Both the position numbers and the translations under genes were made by a program. The notes below the pieces were generated by a model, which saw only the letters and a list, made by a program, of their open reading frames with translations, was not told the DNA's origin and did not search any database. DNA of 64,000 nt. Source: Desulfobacterales bacterium (GTDB lineage Bacteria; Desulfobacterota; Desulfobacteria; Desulfobacterales; Desulfosalsimonadaceae). The number at the start of each line of letters is the position of its first letter. Within the stretch, counting starts at the first letter, position 1. Below are positions 8,349-16,704 of this stretch, in pieces. The DNA lies in contig JBKHJS010000001.1 in assembly GCA_046537995.1 (NCBI GenBank), positions 68 to 64,067 on the forward strand. Direction: 5' to 3'.

Positions 8349-9146
8349 CTACCCGTTTTTCAGGCGTGTTAAAAAAGTTTCCGGGTCCTGTGCCCGGACC
8401 AGGCTTTCGCCGACAAGAAAGTTGCGGATTCCGGCTGCCAGGTTCTGCTCGATGTCCGCGCGCGAAGCAATGCCGCTGGCTGCGATCGGAATCTGGTGAG
8501 GGCCAAGGGCTGCGGCCAGGTCCATGGCGTTTTGGATGTCCGTGTCAAAGGATGCCAGGTTCCGATTGTTGATCCCGATGAGCACGGCCCCGGTTCCGGC
8601 CGCGATTTCCAGGTCCGCCGGGGTGTGGACTTCCACCAGGGCGTCGATGTCCAGATCCGCGCACAGGTCCAGCAGTTCGGCAAGCCGGGATTCTGACAGG
8701 ATGCGCACGATCAGCAGCACGGCATCCGCCCCGCGTGCGGCGGCTTCATATACCTGGTAATCCGAGATGATGAAGTCCTTGCGCAGAACCGGCAGTCCTG
8801 TTGCCCGGCGGGCGGCTTCCAGGTCCGCCAGGCTTCCCTTGAAAAAGGCCGCATCCGTGAGCACGGAAAGGGCGGCTGCGCCGCCGCGTTCATAAGCTGC
8901 GGCATGCCGGGCCGGATCGAGCCCGGGACAGATATCGCCCTTTGAAGGCGAGGCCCGCTTAATCTCGGCGATAATGTTGACCTGACCCGGGTTTTCCATT
9001 GCCGCGCGAAAAGAGCGGAAATCGCTTCTTGCCCGGGCTGCGGCTTCCAGGTCGGAAACCGGGGTTTGCTGCCGGGCGGCGCGGATTTCGTCTTTTTTGT
9101 GCGCCACGATTTTTGTCAGGATATCTTCGGCCATATGTTTATGCAT
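8349..9146 (-). CDS. trpC: Indole-3-glycerol-phosphate synthase
   Basis: IIAEIKRASPSKG, LRKDFI, INNRNL motifs. Confidence 0.9.
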   Translation of the reverse strand: MHKHMAEDILTKIVAHKKDEIRAARQQTPVSDLEAAARARSDFRSFRAAMENPGQVNIIAEIKRASPSKGDICPGLDPARHAAAYERGGAAALSVLTDAAFFKGSLADLEAARRATGLPVLRKDFIISDYQVYEAAARGADAVLLIVRILSESRLAELLDLCADLDIDALVEVHTPADLEIAAGTGAVLIGINNRNLASFDTDIQNAMDLAAALGPHQIPIAASGIASRADIEQNLAAGIRNFLVGESLVRAQDPETFLTRLKNG

Positions 9147-10155
9147 TCTCCCGGGTAAAGGCGATCAGGGATTCCAGTTTATCCGCGGCAGCGCCCGTGT
9201 CAATGGCTGATTCCGCCATCTCGATTCCCTGGCCGATTTTCTCCACCCGGCCTGCGGCCATCAGGGCGGCTGCGGCATTGATGAGCACGATATCGCGCTT
9301 GGCCCCTTTTTCTCCGGCCAGGATGCTGCGGGTGATTTCTGCATTTTCCGCCGCATTGCCGCCCCGGATTTCCTCGGGACCTGCCAGGCGGGCGAAAAAG
9401 GTTTCGGGTGAAATGTCATACGTGGTAATCTGCCGGTCCCGCAGTTCGCATACGCGGGTGGGCGCGCACACCGAGATTTCGTCCAACCCGTCATGGCCGT
9501 GTACCACCAGGGCCCGTTTTGTGCCGAGCTGGCTTAAAGCCTTGGCAAACATTTCCGTGAGCTGGGGGGCAAATACGCCCAGCAGCTGGCAATTGGCAGC
9601 AGCCGGGTTGGTCAGCGGGCCGAGCATGTTGAAGATGCTTCGCAGGCCCACCTCTTTTCTGGGGTTTGCCGCATACTTCATGGCTCCGTGGTACCGGGGG
9701 GCAAACAGGAATCCGATCCCGATTTCGGCAATGGCTTCCTCCACGAGTTCCGGATCCAGGTCCAGGTTGATCCCCAGTGCCTCGAGCAAATCCGCGCTGC
9801 CGCACTGGCTGGAAACCGAGCGGTTGCCGTGCTTGGCCACGGTGACCCCGCATCCGGCCGCCACAAAAGCGGTGACAGTGGAGATGTTAAAGGTGCCGGC
9901 CGCATCCCCGCCCGTGCCGCAGGTGTCAATCACGTCGCCGGCCGCGGTTTCGATCCGGACGGCCTTTTTGCGCATGGCCCGGGCTGCGCCGGCAAGCTCG
10001 GCATAAGTTTCGCCCTTGGTGGCAAGTGCGGCCATGAACGCGCCCACCTGGGCGTCCGTGGTGTTTCCGGAAAAAATTTCACCGAGCATGGCCGCGGCTT
10101 CCGCCTCGGTCAGGTCCTGGCGCCGGCAAATCTTGTTTAGCAGTTCGCGAAACAT
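9139..10155 (-). CDS. trpD: Anthranilate phosphoribosyltransferase
   Basis: DTCGTGGD, KHGNRS motifs. 338 aa. Confidence 0.9.
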   Translation of the reverse strand: MFRELLNKICRRQDLTEAEAAAMLGEIFSGNTTDAQVGAFMAALATKGETYAELAGAARAMRKKAVRIETAAGDVIDTCGTGGDAAGTFNISTVTAFVAAGCGVTVAKHGNRSVSSQCGSADLLEALGINLDLDPELVEEAIAEIGIGFLFAPRYHGAMKYAANPRKEVGLRSIFNMLGPLTNPAAANCQLLGVFAPQLTEMFAKALSQLGTKRALVVHGHDGLDEISVCAPTRVCELRDRQITTYDISPETFFARLAGPEEIRGGNAAENAEITRSILAGEKGAKRDIVLINAAAALMAAGRVEKIGQGIEMAESAIDTGAAADKLESLIAFTRENA

Positions 10156-10232
10156 TTCGGTTCTCCTGTATGGTTCAAAGTGAAATGATCAACTCCTCTG
10201 GCTGGACAAGGAATATCATAATAAGCATGCCA

Positions 10233-10404
10233 TAAATTCGAAATCCGAAGCACGAAATCCGAAACAAATATGAAACTCGAATACCCAATTTTCAAAACCT
10301 GTACAACGACCGGTTCGCTCGTTTTGATCATTTCAATTTCGGTGATTCGATATTGTTTATCCCTATGGGATGCTGGCGCGCGAATTTCGGATTTCTGTTT
10401 GTTC
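10233..10404 (-). repeat. MITE-like inverted-repeat element, copy A (inverted relative to copies B, D and E), in the trpG-trpD spacer
   Basis: Its reverse complement ends in ATTTGTTTCGGATTTCGTGCTTCGGATTTCGAATTTATG, matching the right ends of copies B-E. It shares the CGAATCACC and TCAAAAC landmarks with copy E and carries an extra ~26-nt insertion. Confidence 0.75.
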
Positions 10405-10409
10405 TTTTT

Positions 10410-11000
10410 TTAAGCATCTATCGGAGCGTTGTATTCGCATAACTTCAAAAAGTTTCTCAGAATCCGTTTGCCCACCGGCGTCATGATCGATTCCGGGTGA
10501 AACTGGATGCCCTCGGTGGGGTGCTGGCAATGCCGGAGCCCCATGATTTCGCCGTCTTCGTTTTCCGCGCTGATCTCCAGGCATTCGGGCAGACCCTGGC
10601 GGTCCACGGCCAGGGAATGATAGCGCATGGCGGCAAACGGCTTGTTCATGCGCGAGAATATGGTTTTTCCGTCCGCGGTCACAGTGGAAACCTTGCCGTG
10701 CATGAGCTTTTTGGCCGGTCCGATCCGGCCGCCGAATGCGTGCGCAATTGCCTGGTGTCCCAGGCAGACCCCCAGGATGGGAATTTTTCCGGAAAACCGC
10801 CGGATTACTTCCACGGAATGCCCGGCTTTCTGCGGTACCCCGGGTCCGGGGGAGATCACGATGCCGGAAAATCCGCCGGTATCCAGTGTGCCGATGTCAA
10901 AGGCATCGTTTCTGCACACGCGGACTTCGGCTTCGAGCTGCCGCAAATATTGCACCAGGTTATAGGTAAAGGAGTCGTAGTTGTCGATCACAAATATCAT
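10410..11000 (-). CDS. trpG: Anthranilate synthase component II (glutamine amidotransferase)
   Basis: GPGVP, LGVCLGHQ (catalytic Cys), FHPES. 196 aa. Confidence 0.9.
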   Translation of the reverse strand: MIFVIDNYDSFTYNLVQYLRQLEAEVRVCRNDAFDIGTLDTGGFSGIVISPGPGVPQKAGHSVEVIRRFSGKIPILGVCLGHQAIAHAFGGRIGPAKKLMHGKVSTVTADGKTIFSRMNKPFAAMRYHSLAVDRQGLPECLEISAENEDGEIMGLRHCQHPTEGIQFHPESIMTPVGKRILRNFLKLCEYNAPIDA

Positions 11001-11009
11001 GTCCGCTCC

Positions 11010-12500
11010 TTACTGCAGTTGATGTTCCATGAGTTCCAGGGCCCGGCCGATGGCCGCGGCCTTGTTCACGGTTTCCGTGTATTCGGCTTCCGGGGCCGAG
11101 TCCGCCACGATGCCTGCGCCTGCCCGCACCACGAGGTTTCCGTCCTGGATGCAGGCGGTGCGGATGGTAATGGCCAGGTCCATGTTGCCGTGAAACGAGA
11201 TATAACCCACGGCCCCGCCGTAAGGGCCCCGGGGCTCGGATTCGAGCTCGGAGATGATTTCCATGGCCCGGACCTTTGGTGCTCCGCTCAGGGTGCCGGC
11301 CGGAAATGTGGCGGCCAGCAGGTCCCAGGCATCGCAGTTTTCCAGCAGATCGCAGGTGATATTGGAGACCAGGTGCATGACATGGGAATAGCGCTCCACG
11401 ATCATCAGGTCTGTTACCTGCACGGTGCCGGTTTCCGCTACCCGGCCCAGGTCGTTTCTGCCCAGGTCCACGAGCATGAGGTGTTCTGCCCGCTCCTTTT
11501 CGTCCTGCAGCATTTCGTCTGCCAGGGCCCGGTCTTCCTGCTCGGTTGCCCCCCGCGGGCGTGTGCCGGCAATGGGCCGGAGCGTGGCAATGTTGTTTTC
11601 CAGGCGAACCATGGTCTCGGGCGAGGAGCCCACCAGCACCGTGTCATCGATATGCATGAAAAACATGTAGGGCGACGGGTTGATATAGCGCTGGGCCCGG
11701 TAGAGGGCCGTGGGATCGGCCGGGACGCGGTTTGCGCAAAACGGCTGAGAAATCACGGCCTGGATGATTTCTCCTTGCCGGATGCGGGCCTTGGCGGTTT
11801 CCACGTGTTTCTTGTACAGGGCCGCATCATGGACCGGGGTGAGGGAGATGCCTTCGCCCGTCTGCGTTTCGGGATAGGGCCGGGCACTTTTTTCCCGCAC
11901 CGACTTTTGCAGGCACTTGATTTTTGCTTCCGCTGCATCGTATGCTGCGGCTGCCTCGGCATGATCGTCTTTAAAGGCAATGGCCACCATCATCAGGGTG
12001 TTTTTAATATTGTCAAAAATCAGCATTTCATCCGGGATCATGAAGTCCGCCAGGGGACGGTCAGCGGGCAACCGGTTTTCAATGACCTCGAAAAAGCTGA
12101 CCGTTTCATACGCGAAATACCCCACGAGCCCGCCCCAGAACCGGGGAAGGCCGGGCAGCACGGTCGGGGTGTAGCGCGCCATCAGGTCCCGCAGCACCGG
12201 CAGGGGGTCGCCCTGGTGGGGGATCTGCTCTTTTCGGCCGTTGGTCTCCATTTCCACGGTATCTGCAAACACCCGGACCCGGGTGCGGGCCGAGGTGCTC
12301 AGGAAGCTGTAGCGGCCCCAGCGCTCCCCGCCTTCCACGCTTTCCAGCAGAAACGCCGGGGAATTGCGGGTGTATAATTTCTTGAGCACCGATACCGGAG
12401 TTTCCATGTCCGCCAGGATTTCGCGGCAGACCGGCACCACGTTATGGTTTGGGTAGTATTCGGCAAAAGCGGCTTTGTCCGGAAATTGTCGCAGCAGCAT
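11010..12500 (-). CDS. trpE: Anthranilate synthase component I
   Basis: The chorismate-binding domain includes GTLSGAPKVRAMEII and GAGIVADS. The start is re-called to ATG 12500 (MLLRQFPDK...). The 38-codon extension in the ORF track reads through the leader terminator. Confidence 0.9.
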   Translation of the reverse strand: MLLRQFPDKAAFAEYYPNHNVVPVCREILADMETPVSVLKKLYTRNSPAFLLESVEGGERWGRYSFLSTSARTRVRVFADTVEMETNGRKEQIPHQGDPLPVLRDLMARYTPTVLPGLPRFWGGLVGYFAYETVSFFEVIENRLPADRPLADFMIPDEMLIFDNIKNTLMMVAIAFKDDHAEAAAAYDAAEAKIKCLQKSVREKSARPYPETQTGEGISLTPVHDAALYKKHVETAKARIRQGEIIQAVISQPFCANRVPADPTALYRAQRYINPSPYMFFMHIDDTVLVGSSPETMVRLENNIATLRPIAGTRPRGATEQEDRALADEMLQDEKERAEHLMLVDLGRNDLGRVAETGTVQVTDLMIVERYSHVMHLVSNITCDLLENCDAWDLLAATFPAGTLSGAPKVRAMEIISELESEPRGPYGGAVGYISFHGNMDLAITIRTACIQDGNLVVRAGAGIVADSAPEAEYTETVNKAAAIGRALELMEHQLQ

Positions 12501-12568
12501 GCGCCGGGCTCCTTTCCTGTTGTTTGGGTGCATATTTGCCGGTTTTTCTGTTTTTGTGCCGTTTCCAT

Positions 12569-12597
12569 AAAAAAGGCCGCGGGGAAGCCCCGCGGCC
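12569..12597 (-). terminator. Intrinsic terminator 2 in the trp leader (GGCCGCGGGG-CTT-CCCCGCGGCC plus U6)
   Basis: Perfect 10-bp GC stem at 12575-12597. The sense-strand U-tract corresponds to A 12569-12574. It lies 69 nt upstream of the trpE ATG. Confidence 0.8.
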
Positions 12598-12622
12598 TTT
12601 TTGGAGTGTATCAATGCAAAAC

Positions 12623-12656
12623 AAAAAAGACCGGGGGGCCGGGGGCCGCCTCGGTC
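12623..12656 (-). terminator. Intrinsic terminator 1 in the trp leader (GC-rich bulged stem GACCGAGGCGGCC...GGCCCCCCGGTC plus U6)
   Basis: Hairpin at 12629-12656, followed on the sense strand by TTTTTT (12628-12623). It begins 23 nt after the leader-peptide stop. Confidence 0.7.
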
Positions 12657-12678
12657 TTTTGCTTGCGCTATGGTTTGC

Positions 12679-12768
12679 TCAAACTGGTCCGAAGGCAGAC
12701 CCCGATATGGAGATCCGCCACCACCAGTTTTTGTTCGGGCTGATTGCCTGCAATATGTGATGTGTCAT
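12679..12768 (-). CDS. trpL: trp operon leader peptide, 29 aa, with three consecutive Trp codons
   Basis: Hand translation of the minus strand gives ATG(12768) MTHHILQAISPNKNWWWRISISGSAFGPV TGA(12681-12679). The TGG TGG TGG run is at 12726-12718. Two terminators and then trpE follow. Confidence 0.75.
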   Translation of the reverse strand: MTHHILQAISPNKNWWWRISISGSAFGPV

Positions 12769-12823
12769 TTGTGCCGTGCTCTCAAATCCGGCTCTTTGGC
12801 CTGTTAACGAAAATAACGTACTT

Positions 12824-12853
12824 TAAATAAAAGTTTTTATCCGCATTTGTCAA
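12824..12853 (-). promoter_or_regulatory. Putative trp operon promoter TTGACA-N18-TATTTA
   Basis: Minus strand: TTGACA at 12853-12848 and TATTTA at 12829-12824, about 55 nt upstream of the leader ATG. Confidence 0.45.
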
Positions 12854-12961
12854 GCAGAAATTTGATCTGCCGGCGGCATGGTTTTTCAATTGTGTTTGAA
12901 ACCACATTTCGGTATGACTCCTGTAAAAACAACGGATCAACCAGGCAGGGGTTTGCGGAAA

Positions 12962-14248
12962 ATGATCGCGGAAATCGTATCCACCGGAGACGAGGTGTTA
13001 ACCGGGGCGGTGGCGGATTCCAATGCCGCCTATATTGCCGCCCGGCTGTATGAAATCGGCATACCCGTGGGGCGCCATGTTTGCGTGGGCGACGACCTGG
13101 AGCGCCTCACAGCGGTGCTGCGCGAAAGCGCCGATCGTGCCGATGTTGCCGTGGTCACCGGCGGGCTGGGCCCGACGGTGGACGACATCACGGCCATGGC
13201 CGCAGCCCGTACCGCGGGGGAGGAACTGCAAGCCAATTCCACGGCAAGAGCCTATATTGAGGAATTTTTCAAGCGCTTCGGCCGGCCGCTTTCGGATTCA
13301 GACGCCAGGCAGGCCGAGATGCCGGCCTCGGCCCGGCCCATATTAAACCCGGTTGGCACGGCCCCGGGCTTTACCATGGTCATGGGCGGATGCCGGTTTT
13401 ATTTCCTGCCCGGGGTGCCCTTTGAAATGCGGCGCATGATGGGTGATAACGTGATTGTCGAACTCCAGGCGCAGTGCGCGGACGATAAAACCCAGGGGTT
13501 TTACCGGGAAAAGCGCCTGTCACTGTTCGGGCTGCCTGAAGCCCATGTAAACGAGCGGCTTGCCCGCTTGACAGATAGCCTGGGCGATGTAAAACTTGGC
13601 ATGCTGGCAGAATTTCCGGTAATCCACGTTAAGCTCGTCGCCCAGGGGCCGGACCCGGAGGGCATGGAAGCCCGGATTGAAAAAGCCGCAGCCGAAGTGC
13701 GCGAGCGGGTTGGTGCGTATGTGTTTTCCGAATCCGGGCAGACCATGGAGGAAGTGGTCGGGGGCCTGTTAACAGCGCATTGCGCAACCCTGGCGCTGGC
13801 TGAAAGCTGCACCGGCGGGCTGATCGCCCACCGGGTGACCAACGTGGCCGGAAGTTCTGATTATTTCAGGGTTTCCGCGGTAACCTATGCAAATGCGGCA
13901 AAAATCAACCTGCTGGGCGTATCTCCGGATACGCTCGAATCCCATGGCGCGGTTTCAGAGGAAACCGCCCGGGAAATGGCAGAAGGTGTGCGCCGGGTTG
14001 CAGGGGCGGATTACGGGCTTTCGGTCAGCGGCATTGCCGGGCCGGGCGGCGGGAGCCCGGAAAAACCCGTGGGCATGGTGTGCATCGGTCTTTGCGGGCC
14101 GGGCCACAGCTTTGCCAGGCGCTATGAATTCCCGTTTGAAAACCGGTTGGCAAACAAGCGAATTTTTGCCGAAACTGCGCTGGACCGGCTTCGCCGGACA
14201 TTGATCGGTGCAGGCGACATTAAGGACAAAACGCAGGGAGAGACATAA
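12962..14248 (+). CDS. cinA: CinA-family protein (MoCF-binding domain plus nicotinamide-nucleotide amidohydrolase PncC domain)
   Basis: MIAEIVSTGDEVLTG start. The C-terminal domain has LALAESCTGG and GIAGPGGG. The start is re-called from 12878 to ATG 12962. Confidence 0.85.
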   Translation: MIAEIVSTGDEVLTGAVADSNAAYIAARLYEIGIPVGRHVCVGDDLERLTAVLRESADRADVAVVTGGLGPTVDDITAMAAARTAGEELQANSTARAYIEEFFKRFGRPLSDSDARQAEMPASARPILNPVGTAPGFTMVMGGCRFYFLPGVPFEMRRMMGDNVIVELQAQCADDKTQGFYREKRLSLFGLPEAHVNERLARLTDSLGDVKLGMLAEFPVIHVKLVAQGPDPEGMEARIEKAAAEVRERVGAYVFSESGQTMEEVVGGLLTAHCATLALAESCTGGLIAHRVTNVAGSSDYFRVSAVTYANAAKINLLGVSPDTLESHGAVSEETAREMAEGVRRVAGADYGLSVSGIAGPGGGSPEKPVGMVCIGLCGPGHSFARRYEFPFENRLANKRIFAETALDRLRRTLIGAGDIKDKTQGET

Positions 14249-14251
14249 GAA

Positions 14252-15013
14252 ATGGGTTGGCTGGGAAAAATGGTGGGCGGCACCATCGGTCTGGCGCTTG
14301 GCGGGCCGCTGGGCGCTATTGCCGGGGCATCTCTGGGGCACCTGATGGATACAGACAGCAGTAATAAGCAGCAGCGCGTGCTGCCGAATGCAGGGCAGAT
14401 GTCGGAGCATGGGCGGTCGCAGCTGACCTTCTTCGTGGCCGCGTTTTCCATGCTGGCAAAGCTGGCCCGGGTGGACGGCGAGGTTACAGACGAGGAGGTG
14501 GCCTCCATCCGCAGGTTCATGACCGCGGACCTGGGGTTGAATGCCGAAAGCCGTCAGATGGCGGAAAAAATATTCAATACCGCCCTGCACGCGCCCCAGC
14601 AGTTCGAGGAATTTGCCGCCCAGTTTTATCAGCAGTTTCACAATCGCCCGGAGCTCCTGGAACTGATGATCGACATCCTGCTGCGGGTATCGGTGGCAGA
14701 CGGGAAAATGGACCAAAGCGAAGAGGCGCTGATCAAAAAGGCGGTCCGGATTTTCCAGATTCCGGATTCAGATTATCAGAGCATGAAGTCCGGATACGTG
14801 TCTGTATCAGAGGATTATTATTCCGTGCTTGGATGCAGTCCAGAAGATGACAACGAAACCATCAAGAAGCAGTACCGGAAACTGGTGCGGGATTATCACC
14901 CGGATACCATTGCTTCAAAGGGGCTGCCAGAGGAATTTGTCAACTTTGCCCATGACAAGTTCCGGGAAATCCAGGAAGCATACGAGGAAATACAAAAGGA
15001 ACGGGGGCTGTAG
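14252..15013 (+). CDS. djlA: DnaJ-like co-chaperone DjlA (Gly-rich membrane anchor, TerB-like domain, C-terminal J domain)
   Basis: N-terminus GGTIGLALGGPLGAIAGASLG. J domain YYSVLGCSPEDDNETIKKQYRKLVRDYHPD. Confidence 0.8.
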   Translation: MGWLGKMVGGTIGLALGGPLGAIAGASLGHLMDTDSSNKQQRVLPNAGQMSEHGRSQLTFFVAAFSMLAKLARVDGEVTDEEVASIRRFMTADLGLNAESRQMAEKIFNTALHAPQQFEEFAAQFYQQFHNRPELLELMIDILLRVSVADGKMDQSEEALIKKAVRIFQIPDSDYQSMKSGYVSVSEDYYSVLGCSPEDDNETIKKQYRKLVRDYHPDTIASKGLPEEFVNFAHDKFREIQEAYEEIQKERGL

Positions 15014-15036
15014 GATAATCCTGAAGCAGTGCGTTA

Positions 15037-15199
15037 ATAAAATTCGAAATCCGAATATCGAAATCCGAGACAAATTCGAATTACAGAAATCATAATTTTC
15101 AAAACGGGTAATATTCCCCTCGTGAATTTTGTTTGGGTAATTTGAGTTTTGGTAATTCGGATTTGTTTCGAATTTCGGATTTCGAGCTTCGGATTTATC
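15037..15199 (+). repeat. MITE-like inverted-repeat element, copy B (djlA-pepA spacer)
   Basis: Left end AAATTCGAAATCCGAATATCGAAATCCGAGACAAATTCGAAT. Centre has TTTTCAAAAC. Right end ATTTGTTTCGAATTTCGGATTTCGAGCTTCGGATTTATCA. The two ends are imperfect inverted repeats. Confidence 0.8.
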
Positions 15200-15210
15200 A
15201 TTTGGAGGCA

Positions 15211-16683
15211 ATGTTGATAAAAATACGAACCGATCACCCGGCCGGGATCAAGGCCGACATCCTGGTACTGGTTGCCTGTGAAGACCAGGCCGCATACCTG
15301 GATCCCCAGATCCAGGAACTGGCAGACCGGGCCCCCGACTGGCCGGAGTTTGCCGGTAAATCCGGAGATGAACTGCTGATTTACGAACCCCAGGGCGTCA
15401 AGGCAAAGCGGGTGCTGGTCCTGGGCGTGGGAAAGGCAGCGTCCGCAGACCGGGAGGAACTGCGCAAGGCTGCGGGTCGGGCGGTCAACCGGGTGCTCAA
15501 GTCGAGCCTGACCTCGTTGCTGTTTTGCATCCCGGAAGTCAAAAACGAGAACATCGACCGGAAGGCGGCGGCTGAAGCCCTGATGGAAGGCGCGGTCCTG
15601 GCCAACTACCGGTTTGACCTGTATAAAAAGGAAAAACGGCACAAGCCGATCAAGACCATCCTTTTTTATGCGGACGCTGATTTTGCCGGCAAGGCCCGGC
15701 GCCTGGCCGAGCACGCCGAGCTCGTGTGCACGGGCACGCTTCTGGCCAGGGACTGGGTGAGCATGCCGCCCAATGATAAGCGCCCCGCCCGGTTTGCCCG
15801 TTCCATTGCCAAGGCCGCGGAAAAAGAACCGCTTGAAACCGTGGTCCTGGACGCCGGGGATTTGAAGAAAAACCGGATGCACGCCATGATGGCCGTGTCT
15901 TCCGGCAGCAGCAGCCGGCCGCAGATGGTGGTGCTCGATCACAGACCCCGGGAATATGACAAAACCGTTGTGCTGGTGGGAAAAGGGGTCACTTTTGACG
16001 CCGGCGGCATCAACCTCAAGCCCGCAGGCAGCCTGGAGTCCATGAAGCAGGACATGGCCGGAGCCGCTGCCGTGGCCGCAGCCCTGATTTCCGCGGCCAG
16101 GACGGGATACGCACAAAGGCTGGTGGGTGTTATCCCCCTGGTGGAAAACATGCCGTCTGGCAGCGCCTGCAGGCCCGGGGATATCGTCAAAACCGCTTCC
16201 GGAAAGACCGTCGAGATCGGAAACACCGACGCAGAGGGGCGCATGATCCTTGCTGATGCCCTGCATTATGCCATTTCCCGGTACAACCCGGACGTGATCA
16301 TTGACATGGCGACTTTGACCGGCTCCTGCGTGGTGGCGCTGGGAGAAAACATTGCCGGTGTATTTTCCACCGACGCGGCGCTTGCCGAACAGATTGCTGC
16401 CTCCGGTGCAAAGACCCATGAGCGCTGCTGGTCCATGCCCATGCCCGAAGATTACCGCGAGCTTTTAAAAAGCGATTTCGCGGATATCAAAAACGTCGGC
16501 AAAAACCGCTATGCCGGCGCCATTGCCGCGGCCCTTTTTCTCTCGGAGTTTACCGGCAAGACCCCCTGGGCCCATATCGACATTGCCGGCCCGGCCTATG
16601 CCTCGGGCGGCAGTGACTATTGCCAGCCCGGGGGAACGGGCTTCGGGGTGCGGCTGTTGGTGGACATAATTGAAAACCTGTAA
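15211..16683 (+). CDS. pepA: Leucyl aminopeptidase (M17)
   Basis: VGKGVTFDAGG, NTDAEGRMILAD motifs. The start is re-called to ATG 15211 after GGAGG. The ORF-track extension lies inside repeat copy B. Confidence 0.9.
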   Translation: MLIKIRTDHPAGIKADILVLVACEDQAAYLDPQIQELADRAPDWPEFAGKSGDELLIYEPQGVKAKRVLVLGVGKAASADREELRKAAGRAVNRVLKSSLTSLLFCIPEVKNENIDRKAAAEALMEGAVLANYRFDLYKKEKRHKPIKTILFYADADFAGKARRLAEHAELVCTGTLLARDWVSMPPNDKRPARFARSIAKAAEKEPLETVVLDAGDLKKNRMHAMMAVSSGSSSRPQMVVLDHRPREYDKTVVLVGKGVTFDAGGINLKPAGSLESMKQDMAGAAAVAAALISAARTGYAQRLVGVIPLVENMPSGSACRPGDIVKTASGKTVEIGNTDAEGRMILADALHYAISRYNPDVIIDMATLTGSCVVALGENIAGVFSTDAALAEQIAASGAKTHERCWSMPMPEDYRELLKSDFADIKNVGKNRYAGAIAAALFLSEFTGKTPWAHIDIAGPAYASGGSDYCQPGGTGFGVRLLVDIIENL

Positions 16684-16704
16684 ACACCAAAGGAAAGATT
16701 ACCC

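Noticed and set aside
10497-12377. 626-aa plus-strand ORF, the longest unexplained ORF in the track
   Set aside because: It is entirely antisense to trpG/trpE, whose products carry unambiguous family motifs. Its own translation is a G/R/H/P/A-rich low-complexity string with no recognisable domain. This is typical stop-codon depletion on the antisense strand of GC-rich genes.
12444-12807. Plus-strand ORFs of 68-103 aa (12444-12743, 12449-12760, 12601-12807) in the trpE-cinA intergenic region
   Set aside because: They run antisense through the trp leader, both terminators and the leader peptide. They have no SD or domain. The region is better explained by the minus-strand attenuator.
15133-15210. 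N-terminal extensions of pepA (15133) and dxr (31516), and ORFs 14829-15095 and 14915-15211
   Set aside because: These stretches are translations of the MITE-like repeat or the cdsA-dxr hairpin (e.g. SDFELRIYH, FRISDF). The true starts have SDs and align with the family N-termini.
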